DNA of 64,000 nucleotides from Methanotrichaceae archaeon. GTDB lineage: Archaea; Halobacteriota; Methanosarcinia; Methanotrichales; Methanotrichaceae. Under the pieces are notes generated by a model. It was not told the DNA's origin and made no database searches. It worked only from the letters and a program-made list of their open reading frames with translations. A program made the position numbers and the translations under genes. Positions 10,111 through 19,178 of the stretch are shown piece by piece (position 1 is the stretch's first letter; every line of letters begins with the position of its first letter). The stretch covers positions 1-64,000 of the forward strand of contig CAWDLW010000015.1 of assembly GCA_963803145.1 (NCBI GenBank), written 5' to 3'.

Positions 10111-11307
10111 ATGAGGGTCGGAATCTTTTCCTGGGAGAGCCTATATTCAATTAAAGTTGGTGGTGTTGCCCCATGCATCACGGAACTTTCAGAAGCTCTG
10201 GCTAGAAGAGGCCATGAGGTTCATATCTTTACTCGCCGTGGGGAGTTCGATACATATGATAAGATCAATGGCGTTCATTACCAGAGGGTAGATTCTGATG
10301 ACTCCGGTGATATAGTTGCCCAAATGAATAATATGAGCAACGCCATGTATGACCTGTTTGGAGAAGTTGAGAAGATATTTGGCAGGTTTGATATTGTTCA
10401 TTGCCATGATTGGCATCCTATTTGGGCATTAAATCGGATCAAGAAAGATTTCGGCCTGCCATATATCCTGACGATGCATAGCACCGAGTGGGGCAGGAAT
10501 GGGAACCATTTCGGATATGGCTTATCCCAGGAGATATCCCACCTGGAATGGCTGGGATCATATGAATCCTCAAAGGTCATAGTCACAACTAAACATATGA
10601 TGGATGAACTTAAGAGGATTTTTTCCGTTCCCAAAAGCAAAATCTGCATCATACCAAACGGCATAGTCGTTGGGAAGATGAGGAGAAACCTGGATGCAGG
10701 AAGGGTGAAAGAGCAGTACGGCATCCACCCGTTAGCACCTTTGGTGCTCTTTTGTGGCAGGATGAACATCCAGAAGGGTCCCGATCTCCTGGTCGAGGCC
10801 ATACCTCAGATATTGAAGAACCGGTTCGATATGAAGTTCGTCTTCATAGGCACTGGAGACATGAGGTCTCAGTGTGAACAGCGGGCTAGAGATCTGAATG
10901 CCGCACATGCCTGCAGGTTCCTGGGCTATACATCCGCCTCGATTAAGGAGAGGCTAATGAATGCCTGTGACATCATTTGCGTTCCCAGCAGGAATGAACC
11001 CTTCGGCGTGGTGGTATTGGAGGCCTGGGAGGTTTGTAAACCTGTGGTTGCCACAGAAGCAATCGGCATAATCAGGAATTTCGAAGATGGCCTCTTAGCA
11101 TACATCCAACCTGAGTCAATAGCATGGTGCATCAATAACCTGATCAGAAACCCGGAAGAAATGAAGAAACTGGCCATAGCTGGACGCAATAGATTGGAGG
11201 CTGAATTCGATTGGAACGAGATCGCCCGGAAGACCGAAGAGGTATATGCCATAGCCTCTAAAAGAGAGTTAGGGGTATCACAACCAAGCAGCAAAATCAT
11301 AGTTTAA
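10111..11307 (+). CDS. GT4 family glycosyltransferase (glycogen synthase-like)
   Basis: KVGGV, HCHDWH and PSRNEPFGVVVLEA motifs. Confidence 0.9.
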   Translation: MRVGIFSWESLYSIKVGGVAPCITELSEALARRGHEVHIFTRRGEFDTYDKINGVHYQRVDSDDSGDIVAQMNNMSNAMYDLFGEVEKIFGRFDIVHCHDWHPIWALNRIKKDFGLPYILTMHSTEWGRNGNHFGYGLSQEISHLEWLGSYESSKVIVTTKHMMDELKRIFSVPKSKICIIPNGIVVGKMRRNLDAGRVKEQYGIHPLAPLVLFCGRMNIQKGPDLLVEAIPQILKNRFDMKFVFIGTGDMRSQCEQRARDLNAAHACRFLGYTSASIKERLMNACDIICVPSRNEPFGVVVLEAWEVCKPVVATEAIGIIRNFEDGLLAYIQPESIAWCINNLIRNPEEMKKLAIAGRNRLEAEFDWNEIARKTEEVYAIASKRELGVSQPSSKIIV

Positions 11308-11685
11308 CGCTTACTTTTGGGGCTAATACCAGCGGCCTTCTGGCGCGCTCCAACGCCCGCACGGACATGAAGCAATTACAATCCAAGGGCGTGCATTATA
11401 AGCCACTCCTACTTTGCGTTTGGGCTGCTGCTAATTCAAGAGCTTACACTTCTTCCGGGGCTAATACTAGCGGCTATCTTAGCGCACTCAGTCGCCGCAC
11501 GGGCATCAAGTGATTGCAATTTTAAGAGCGTACATTGCAGAATCATTTTGATTTTGCGTTTGTGCTGACTAATATAATTCAAAGCCTATACTTTCTTCTG
11601 GTGCTAAAACTAACGGTTTTCCTAGCGCCCTCAATCGCCGGGCGGGCTACCCCTAACCCCTCGCTGGGGGAAGGTCTTGGAAAAA
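11308..11685 (+). repeat. triple repeat: R4 (diverged core + B), R5 (core + B), R6 (core + A)
   Basis: Three consecutive cores starting immediately after the glycosyltransferase stop codon. Confidence 0.9.
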
Positions 11686-11709
11686 AGCATGCGATAAAGG
11701 TGAAGGGGA

Positions 11710-12049
11710 TATGGATCAGATAAAGCCTGTCATCCTTCAAAGGGCAACTGCCTCCTTCACACCTTATCCCGGATGTACCAGTGCAGCCCTTCCGGCTCAA
11801 CCACATCCACTTTGCGGCCCAGAAGGTCCTGGAGATCCATGACCAGATTGCCAAGATCAAACAAATTCCTGCGCGACTCCAAAATCCACAAGGAAATCAA
11901 GATCGCTGTCCGGGCCTTCCTCGCCCCTGGCAACCGAGCCGAAGACCCTGCGTTACTGGCCCCGTGGGCCTCGGCAATGCGCAGGATCTCGCTTCGCCTC
12001 TGCTGAGGGATTCAAGACTGAGTTTTGGGCGATCTTGGGTCATGAGCAT
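11710..12049 (-). pseudogene. MNT antitoxin pseudogene plus the first codons of a HEPN toxin
   Basis: Frameshifted 'FGSVARGEEGPDSDLDFLVDF..DLQDLLGRKVDVV..GLHWYIRDKV', then 'KDDRLYLIHI' cut off at the repeat. Confidence 0.8.
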
Positions 12050-12114
12050 TTATTTGTTTATTTATGAATAACTATTTTTAACAGAGCATGGCGAACATGG
12101 ACCGCTACTAACAA

Positions 12115-12272
12115 AGAGAGTACACTTTTTTCTGGGGCTAATACTAATGGTGACGATAGCGCGCTCAGTCGCCACGCGGGCTTAAAGAGATTACAATTAA
12201 GACGCATACATTGCAGAACGACTCTGACCTTGCTTTTGGGCCTGTTAATATAATTCTAAAACTTAAACTTTC
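12115..12272 (+). repeat. repeat R7 (core + B arm) and the start of a further core
   Basis: CTGGGGCTAATACTAA..TAGCGCGCTCAGTCGCC core; diverged B arm; following AATTCTAAAACTTAAACTTTCT is cut off. Confidence 0.8.
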
Positions 12273-12319
12273 TTTCCCATGAAAAACCTTCACCGATGTT
12301 AGGTTTCTTATAGGAAAAC

Positions 12320-13615
12320 AGGCAGAAGACCCGCTCCCTTCAGGGGGCGGGATGAATGCCGTACGCTTTCCAGATTACTTTCGCTCCGTGCTCCATAGCT
12401 CTATATTCAAGCGCACTTAGAATAAAAACGAAATGAAGACTGCCTATAAGTTCAGAATGTATCCAACCAGGCGCCAAGAAGCTATGTTGGACCTGACACT
12501 CGAAACTTGTAGACATCTCTATAACCTAGCTTTGGCAGATAGGAAGAATGCCTATGAAGTTGAAGGCATTAGCAGAACCTATGAGGCTCAAGCTGCAATG
12601 CTGACGACTGATAAGAAGGACGGTAATTTCAAGTGTGTCTTCTCCCAGGTGCTTCAAGATGTTCTGAGAAGATTAGACAAGTCCTTCAAGTCATTCTTCC
12701 GAAGGGTCAAGGCAGGGGAAAAACCTGGATACCCTAGATTCAAGGGCCAAGGCTGGTATAAGTCGTTTACATATCCTCAAGTCGGATTCAAGCTCGAAGG
12801 CTCAAAGCTGACTCTCTCCAAGATCGGATCTATCAGGATATTCAAGCATCGAGAAGTCGAAGGTAAGATCAAGACTTGTACCATCAAGAAAGATAATCTA
12901 GGTCATTGGTATGCGATCTTAATATCTGAGATAAAAGATGTACCTCAGATTGAGCCAAAGACCGCCATTGGTGTAGATGTGGGCTTGAACAGCCTAGTTG
13001 CTCTTTCCACAGGTGAAACCGTTGAATATCCACGGTACTATGTCAAAGCTGAAAGTAAGCTTGCAGCAGCCCAAAGAGATCTTTCCAGGAAGAAGAAAGG
13101 ATCAAGCAATAGACGGAAAGCCAAGGCCAAAGTCGCCAAGCTTCACCAGAAGATCCAGAACCACAGAGACGAGTTCCTGCATCAAATATCCAGAAAGCTC
13201 GTAGATTCAGCAGATATAATCGTATTTGAAAACTTAAATATCCAAGGAATGCTAAAGAATCATCATCTAGCTAAGCACATTCAAGATCATGCTTGGGGCA
13301 AGTTAATCCAGTTCACAGAGAGCAAAGCTGCGAAGGCTGGCAAAGTGGTAGAACTGGTAGATGCGAGATATACATCTCAGAAATGCTCCCAGTGCGGTAT
13401 CATGGTTCCCAAGCAGCTGGCAGATCGAGTCCATCACTGCCCTAAATGCGGACTGGTGATGGACCGAGATCTCAATGCCAGCTTGAACATTCGCACCCTC
13501 GGACTGAGGGGAAGTGCCTATCAAGATTCGACCCCTACTTTGAGCAAACTATCAAAGCAAGTCAGATCGATGACGTAGGAAGCCCTGCCCCTTCAGGGGC
13601 ATGGGAGGAAGTCAC
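12320..13615 (+). mobile_element. IS200/IS605-family element, TnpB-only (IS1341-like); left boundary approximate
   Basis: Left hairpin CCCGCTCCCTTCAGGGGGCGGG; right hairpin GCCCCTTCAGGGGC ending GGAGGAAGTCAC at 13615; no tnpA. Confidence 0.85.
12433..13578 (+). CDS. tnpB: RNA-guided endonuclease TnpB
   Basis: AYKFRMYPT N-terminus; RuvC motifs GVDVG, FENL and DRDLNAS; CSQC..CPKC zinc finger. Confidence 0.95.
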   Translation: MKTAYKFRMYPTRRQEAMLDLTLETCRHLYNLALADRKNAYEVEGISRTYEAQAAMLTTDKKDGNFKCVFSQVLQDVLRRLDKSFKSFFRRVKAGEKPGYPRFKGQGWYKSFTYPQVGFKLEGSKLTLSKIGSIRIFKHREVEGKIKTCTIKKDNLGHWYAILISEIKDVPQIEPKTAIGVDVGLNSLVALSTGETVEYPRYYVKAESKLAAAQRDLSRKKKGSSNRRKAKAKVAKLHQKIQNHRDEFLHQISRKLVDSADIIVFENLNIQGMLKNHHLAKHIQDHAWGKLIQFTESKAAKAGKVVELVDARYTSQKCSQCGIMVPKQLADRVHHCPKCGLVMDRDLNASLNIRTLGLRGSAYQDSTPTLSKLSKQVRSMT

Positions 13616-13708
13616 AGACATCGAAGTCCGATGAGGGGAATTGAGACTACAAATATGCCCCCAGGATAACTATTAAAAGGTTTGCTACATACACATTATA
13701 GGATAGAT

Positions 13709-13915
13709 ATGGCCACCCTGGGTGAGTTCGTGGAGCAATTGCCTCCTGATATTCAGAAAGAGATCAAGGATTTTGCAGAGTTTTTGCTTTCTAAGAGGGC
13801 CAAGAAGAAACATAAAGTTCCATCTTTCGACTGGGAAGGGGCAATTAAGGATTTAGGAGAGCAGTACACATCAGTCGAGCTTCAGCACGAGATCTTAAGA
13901 TTGCGAGGAGATTAA
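13709..13915 (+). CDS. DUF2281-type antitoxin
   Basis: 'LPPDIQKEIKDFAEFLL..WEGAIKDL..YTSVELQH'; its stop overlaps the PIN start. Confidence 0.8.
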   Translation: MATLGEFVEQLPPDIQKEIKDFAEFLLSKRAKKKHKVPSFDWEGAIKDLGEQYTSVELQHEILRLRGD

Positions 13916-14307
13916 TGTATCTTTTGGATACGAATATATTTTTAGAGATCTTGCTAGAACGAGAAAACAGCAAAGCTGCAAAACATATCTTCATCAGTAA
14001 TCCATCTACTGATCTATTCATAACGGATTTTTCGCTTCATTCCTTGGGCGTTTTCCTATTTCAAAGAAATAAGCACGATGTCTATGAGCGCTTTGTCAAG
14101 GACATAGTAATAAAGACGGAAATTGGCGTGATCGGGCTGAACCCTGAAGAGGTTCCCATATTGGCTAGAGTCTCAAAGCGATTCAAATTGGATTTTGATG
14201 ATGCATATCAATATGCAGTTGCTGAAATACATGGCTTAGATATAGTAAGCTTTGATGCTGATTTCGATCGAACCGAGATAGGACGCAAGATACCAGATTC
14301 AAGATAG
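13915..14307 (+). CDS. PIN-domain (VapC-like) toxin
   Basis: MYLLDTNIFLE, LDFDDAYQY and SFDADFD motifs. Confidence 0.9.
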   Translation: MYLLDTNIFLEILLERENSKAAKHIFISNPSTDLFITDFSLHSLGVFLFQRNKHDVYERFVKDIVIKTEIGVIGLNPEEVPILARVSKRFKLDFDDAYQYAVAEIHGLDIVSFDADFDRTEIGRKIPDSR

Positions 14308-14310
14308 CGT

Positions 14311-14562
14311 TCTTCAAGTGTTTACAATTTTAAGAGCGTAAATTGCAGAATCATTCTGATTTTGCGTTTGCCTTGACAAGGATAATTCAGAGCATACACT
14401 TTCTTCTGAGGCTAACACTAGCGACCTTCTAGCGCGCTCAGTCGCCGCGCGGGCTGTCCCTAACCCCTCGCTGGGGGAAGGCTTTGGAAACATTGGCTAT
14501 ATGGTTGATGAGGACTGGATAAACGAGTGTTTATAACGTTTAGGAGAAACTTTGCCGAGCGT
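14311..14562 (+). repeat. B arm, repeat R8 (core + A) and tail
   Basis: Begins 3 bp after the PIN stop; same motifs as 6081-6400. Confidence 0.9.
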
Positions 14563-15144
14563 TTATTGTTTGGCATTTGCCGTTGCCTCACAGTATTCCA
14601 GAACCTTGGTTAAAGCTGAAAGCCTGCCTTCAAGCTTCTCTTTAAGTATAACTATTGATGAGGCATTGCCAAGAACCTTTATCAAGCCCTCTGAAATGGC
14701 TGTAAGCCCGAATGCGAGTATAGCTGCCTCGGGTGTAAGCTCATCCTCATCGGTATTCTCCCATCCCGGATGCAGACCTTCCGACCATTCGCCATAGCGG
14801 TGTGTCCTTGCGAGTAGGCCGTTCTCATAGAGAATCAGCCTGTATTCGCTGAAAAAGCCCAAACCCTCAAGCTGTATCCTTTCCTCTCTGGTCAGAATGA
14901 CAATCTCACGGCGGTAGCATTGCTCATAGTCATCGCTCAGCAGGGGCACCAGTGGCGTGACCTTCACCAGGATCGCTTTCAGGAGAGAGGCTTCTTTTTC
15001 TAGAGTTTCCTTTTTCAGATCGGCGATCTTTGAAGCTAGAGGATGAAGCTCGTCCAGCGCCGTGCTTAGCCCTGATAACATGCCTGCGGTTACTGGATCG
15101 GTGGCTATCAGGACGGTGTTTTTGGAGAGGTTGGGGGCGGGCAC
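14563..15144 (-). CDS. ORF193-family hypothetical protein, copy 2 (intact)
   Basis: 193 aa, GTG start after GGAGG; paralogous to two other copies in the window. Confidence 0.85.
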   Translation of the reverse strand: MPAPNLSKNTVLIATDPVTAGMLSGLSTALDELHPLASKIADLKKETLEKEASLLKAILVKVTPLVPLLSDDYEQCYRREIVILTREERIQLEGLGFFSEYRLILYENGLLARTHRYGEWSEGLHPGWENTDEDELTPEAAILAFGLTAISEGLIKVLGNASSIVILKEKLEGRLSALTKVLEYCEATANAKQ

Positions 15145-15316
15145 TTAGATCGCCTCCGATGCTAAAGATTCTAGCTTGTCAGCTAAGGTTTTTCCAGACA
15201 TTGTATTTCGCCTATGACCAATATTACTCCCAGATTTATAAGCTTTTTGGCAGCTGCTGGGAATATTGACAAGGAAATAAGGAAAATATATAAACTACGG
15301 CAGTCAACATCAGATC

Positions 15317-15466
15317 GTGCGTGAAATTACCACTGAATTAAAAATGGACTCTATGGGACGTGTTATGATACCAAAAGCATATAGAGATGAACTAAAGCTC
15401 ACGCCAGGCCAATTAGTCAAGGTTGTTATTAGCAATCCCTATGAGAAGTATGAAGGGCAGGGTTAA
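15317..15466 (+). CDS. AbrB/MazE/SpoVT-family DNA-binding protein (49 aa)
   Basis: Manually translated MREITTELKMDSMGRVMIPKAYRDELKLTPGQLVKVVIS; D..GR..IP...R..L...PG motif. Confidence 0.8.
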   Translation: MREITTELKMDSMGRVMIPKAYRDELKLTPGQLVKVVISNPYEKYEGQG

Positions 15467-15693
15467 CCTGACCTGCCCCTGGCATTGATTTGGGCGAAAT
15501 ACAATGCCGAAGAATGAAGCATATCGATTGAATATAGAGCTTTTCTGGTAGTACGTCATAGTTATTGGCGACAAGCTGGGCATCAACCAGGGTCCGTTCC
15601 AACGATGGCCGAATAACAAGAACCTCGTACCTTCTGGAAACGATTACATTTAAATTTCTGTTCGCTTTATTATACTACAGAGAACCACAACAT

Positions 15694-15990
15694 ATGCATA
15701 CGAATATTGAGGAGTTGCTAAAATCCAGGCGCCAGGATATTCTAGCTATAGCTGCCAGGCACGGTGCTCACAATGTACGGATTTTCGGCTCAGTTGCTAG
15801 AGGAGAGGCCGGGCCTGAGAGCGACCTGGATATTCTTGTAGAGATGGAGCCAGGGACTAGCTTAATGGATCATATAGCCCTTATGCAGGATCTCGAAGAC
15901 CTCCTGGGACGAAAGGTGGATGTGGTTAGCGATAAAGCCTTGCACTGGTATATCAGAGACCGAGTGCTTGCCGAGGCTACTCCTTTATGA
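15694..15990 (+). CDS. MNT antitoxin
   Basis: IFGSVARGEAGPESDLDILVE motif. Confidence 0.9.
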   Translation: MHTNIEELLKSRRQDILAIAARHGAHNVRIFGSVARGEAGPESDLDILVEMEPGTSLMDHIALMQDLEDLLGRKVDVVSDKALHWYIRDRVLAEATPL

Positions 15991-16079
15991 TGGACGATTG
16001 GGCTCTATTTGATCCATATCTGGGAGTGCATTGAGCGGATTGAGTCTTATGCTGAAGATGAGCTTCGATTGCTTCTGTG
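15987..16079 (+). pseudogene. HEPN/DUF86 toxin 5' fragment
   Basis: Frameshifted 'MMDD..LYLIHIWECIERIESYAE', truncated just before the repeat. Confidence 0.7.
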
Positions 16080-16080
16080 A

Positions 16081-16109
16081 AAAGCTACACTTTCTTCTGG
16101 GGCTAAAAC
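16081..16109 (+). repeat. repeat R9, left part (split by IS110)
   Basis: AAAGCTACACTTTCTTCTGGGGCTAAAAC; the repeat resumes at 18731. Confidence 0.9.
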
Positions 16110-16177
16110 GCCCATGATCCTTAAGGGTCATACGTGGCGGATGAAAAACCTCACATTCATGGCCAACTATGTTTAGT

Positions 16178-16330
16178 CTGATATGGGCAGTGAAGGCAGC
16201 TTTAATTTTGAGATCATGATCTCGCGGCTAAAACTGGCCAATAATCCCGCGAATACGGGGCTGCGTCGTTGAACGCGTATGGGAAATTGCCCCTTATGAG
16301 GGTTTAATCTTAATCATCTGCCCATATCAG
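16178..16330 (+). ncRNA. putative IS110 bridge RNA
   Basis: Enclosed by a 13-bp stem CTGATATGGGCAG/CTGCCCATATCAG; contains GGCTAAAACT (16226-16235, target match) and ATGGGAAA (16279-16286, donor match). Confidence 0.7.
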
Positions 16331-16343
16331 GATAGCGACATAT

Positions 16344-18688
16344 ATGGGCAAACGAAGAGATAGAGTTTGCGGAGCAGATGTCCATAAAGATCTCATAGTA
16401 GCCACGATCGAAGATGCAGATGGGACTGAAATCCAGGAACAGTTTGGCACGACTCGTTCTGAGCTAGAGAGATTCAGGAATTGGCTCATAGCCAATAATT
16501 GCGAGCAAGTAGCATTCGAAGCTACAGGTGTTTACTGGTTTCCAGTATACGATTGCCTGAGTCCCTCTATTGATACAATTGTAGCAAATCCATGGATGGT
16601 CAAAGGACTTGTAGGGGATAAGTCGGATTCTCATGACGCTAAGAGGATTGCAGGTAACTGCTTGGATGGCAAAATCAAGAGATCAAGAGTCTTTTCCAAT
16701 GAGGATAGAGCCCTCAGAATGATGACCCGTGCCAGATCAGGATATATAAAGACTCAAACTCAACTTAGAAACAGAGTTCATAAGTATCTAGCACTTTGCG
16801 GCATAAAGCTGAGTTCTTGTATTTCAGACATCTTTGGTAAATCAGGCAGGATTATCTTGGACGGCCTGGTTGAAGGCAAGGATGCAGACTCGATCCTGGA
16901 CAGCATCACTTCAAAGAAGATCAAGAAAAAGCGAGACGTCATCAAAGCGGCTCTTGCAAACGGTCTTGATGATACTTCGAGAATGCTTGTTAAGGATAAT
17001 CTAGAGCTCCTTGATCTTCTGAAAAAGAAGATAGATAAAACAAGTCTTGAAGTGCTTAGCAAATTTCAGAAAAGCGCTAAAGATCTGGCAATAGTTATGT
17101 CAATTCCAGGAATAAGTTTTAGATCAGGGTCGACCATCTTGGCAGAAATCGGTGACTATCACGATTTCCAAACCCCAGAACAAATCGCTAAATGGTGTGG
17201 ATTGGTTCCTGGACTACATGAATCTGCAGGGAAAAAGAAGCAATGTGGTATTACGAAACAGGGGTCCAAGAGTCTCAGAACTATGCTTGTCGAGATAGCT
17301 CAAGTGATAGCTAAGATGAGAAATAACAAGAACAAGCTCTCAAGGTACTTCCATAGATTATCGGCCAGAAAGAGTTACAATGTAGCGATCACTGCTTTAG
17401 CACGGAAATTATAGTTAATCATTGAGCTTATTGCCCTATAGATACATTTAATAATTAATGCGTGAAAATACATAGGCATGGGTAGAAAACCTATAATAAT
17501 TAGGCATATATCAAAGATAGACCTTGATAAATTATATAAAAAAGAGACTGATCTAAGGATTAAGGAACGGTTATTGGCAATAATACATTTATATGAAGGG
17601 AAAAACGTATATGAGGTAGCTGATATTTTAAAAAGGGGCGAGAGGACAATAAAATATTGGTTAAGCAGATGGAATAATCAAGGCTATAATGGATTGACAC
17701 CAAAGAATAGAAATGGCAAAAAGCCAAAGATGTCTCTTGATGAATGGGATAGAGTTATTAAAGAAATTGAAGACAAAGGAATGACGATAAAAGACGTATT
17801 AAAATATGTAAGGGATACAAGAGGTATAGATTTTTCATATAAATATGGCTGGCGAATTTTAAGAGTAGTGAAAAAAGTTAAGTATGGGAAACCATACATC
17901 AGAAATGAAAAGAGGCCTGCAGATGCAGAAAGTTTTTTAAAAAAGGATAAAATCAGTGCTGACCACTGTTACTGATCCTGTTATAGGATTTCTTGATGAA
18001 AGCTCTTTACAACAGCGCCCTAATACACGTAGAGTCTTAAACACTCATTTAATAAATTATAAACCTGGAAAGGTTAGATCAAGAACTATTTTTGGATTTA
18101 TAGCATTAAATGGCAATGATGAGGTTATGGTTTCCAACTCCTCTAAGAAGGAAGCGTTGATGGCATTTGCTCAAAATATAAGAAATAATAATATTATGAG
18201 GCCAATTTGTATACTTTTAGATAATGCTAGAATTCATTTGGCCAAGAAATTTAGAAAACTAGCTGAGGAAATCGATATTCACTTAATTTATAATATCCCC
18301 TATTCACCAGATTTGAATCCTATAGAATTCGGTTGGAAGGATTTCAAAAGAGAGATCGCCAAATACACTGATTTCGATGAAGCTATTATAGCTAGCCAAG
18401 ATTGCGCTTTAGAAATATTTTATTCCAAAAAGGATGGATATTCAAAGTCCTGGGTGGAGCGATTTCTTAGTGCAAAAAGCTAGGAGATTAACTATAATCA
18501 CAATAATTTATCATCTGCTGATCAATCAAGAGCTATATCAAGATAACAAATGCACTACTGATACATCAAAACCAGTCAAAAGGGACCTCCTCTATCTATC
18601 CAAAGATGAGCGATTGAAGGATGGAGTGGCTGCTATCGTAGACGCCTTTTATCACTTGAAGAATAGACATTCGGTAGGGGGTGGATAG
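16344..18688 (+). pseudogene. IS110 recombinase/transposase, interrupted at 17411 by IS630
   Basis: GADVHK, FEATGVYW, KSDSHDA and GLVPGLHESAG motifs; excising IS630 restores ALARKLITIIYHLL. Confidence 0.9.
17412..18494 (+). mobile_element. IS630-family insertion sequence (two ORFs, probable -1 frameshift)
   Basis: TIRs TAGTTAATC/GATTAACTA with TA duplication; HTH ORF 17478-17975 and DDE ORF 17956-18483 (FLDES, LDNARIH, PYSPDLNPIE). Confidence 0.92.
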
Positions 18689-18730
18689 CACCCCATTTCT
18701 TTTAATTGAGGAAGGTTTTTCATGGGAAAC

Positions 18731-18860
18731 TAACGGCCATCCTAGCGCGCTCAGTCGCCGCGCGGGCTACCCCTAACCCCTCGCTGGGGGAAGGCTTTGG
18801 AAATATGGGGATAAAGTTGATGTGGACAAGATGAACGATTCCGCTTAACGTTGAAGAGGA
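18731..18860 (+). repeat. repeat R9, right part (rest of core + A arm + tail)
   Basis: TAACGGCCATCCTAGCGCGCTCAGTCGCCGCGCGGGCTACCCCTAACCCCTCGCTGGGGGAAGG. Confidence 0.9.
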
Positions 18861-18977
18861 ATTTAATACAATAAAGACGGCCTATCACAAATCGATATCA
18901 TTAGCCGAGCATAATGGTCTTAAGCATTTTGACAGTCCATCAAAAAATTCAACTAATAAAACATCGAATACAATAGC

Positions 18978-19178
18978 ATGTCTGAAGTAAAGACAACGAT
19001 ATCCCTGCCATCAGGTTTGGCCAAACAAGCCCAGGAACAGATACAGGCGGGATGGTTTCCAGATATCAACAGTCTCGTCGTCGAGGCCCTACGGCGATAT
19101 CTGGAAACCCATCGAGATGAACTGATGGAGCGTTTCATTCGAGAGGATGTCGGATGGGGACTTCACGGAGATGAGTGA
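18978..19178 (+). CDS. CopG/RHH-type antitoxin
   Basis: 66 aa, 'TISLPSGL....IQAGWFPDINSLVVEALRRYL'; overlaps the PIN gene. Confidence 0.75.
   Translation: MSEVKTTISLPSGLAKQAQEQIQAGWFPDINSLVVEALRRYLETHRDELMERFIREDVGWGLHGDE

Larger units (their letters stand above)
16110..18730 (+). mobile_element. IS110-family element inserted in repeat R9, itself interrupted by IS630
   Basis: Removing 16110-18730 restores GGGGCTAAAAC|TAACGGCC; AAAC is shared at both junctions; carries a DEDD recombinase gene. Confidence 0.9.
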
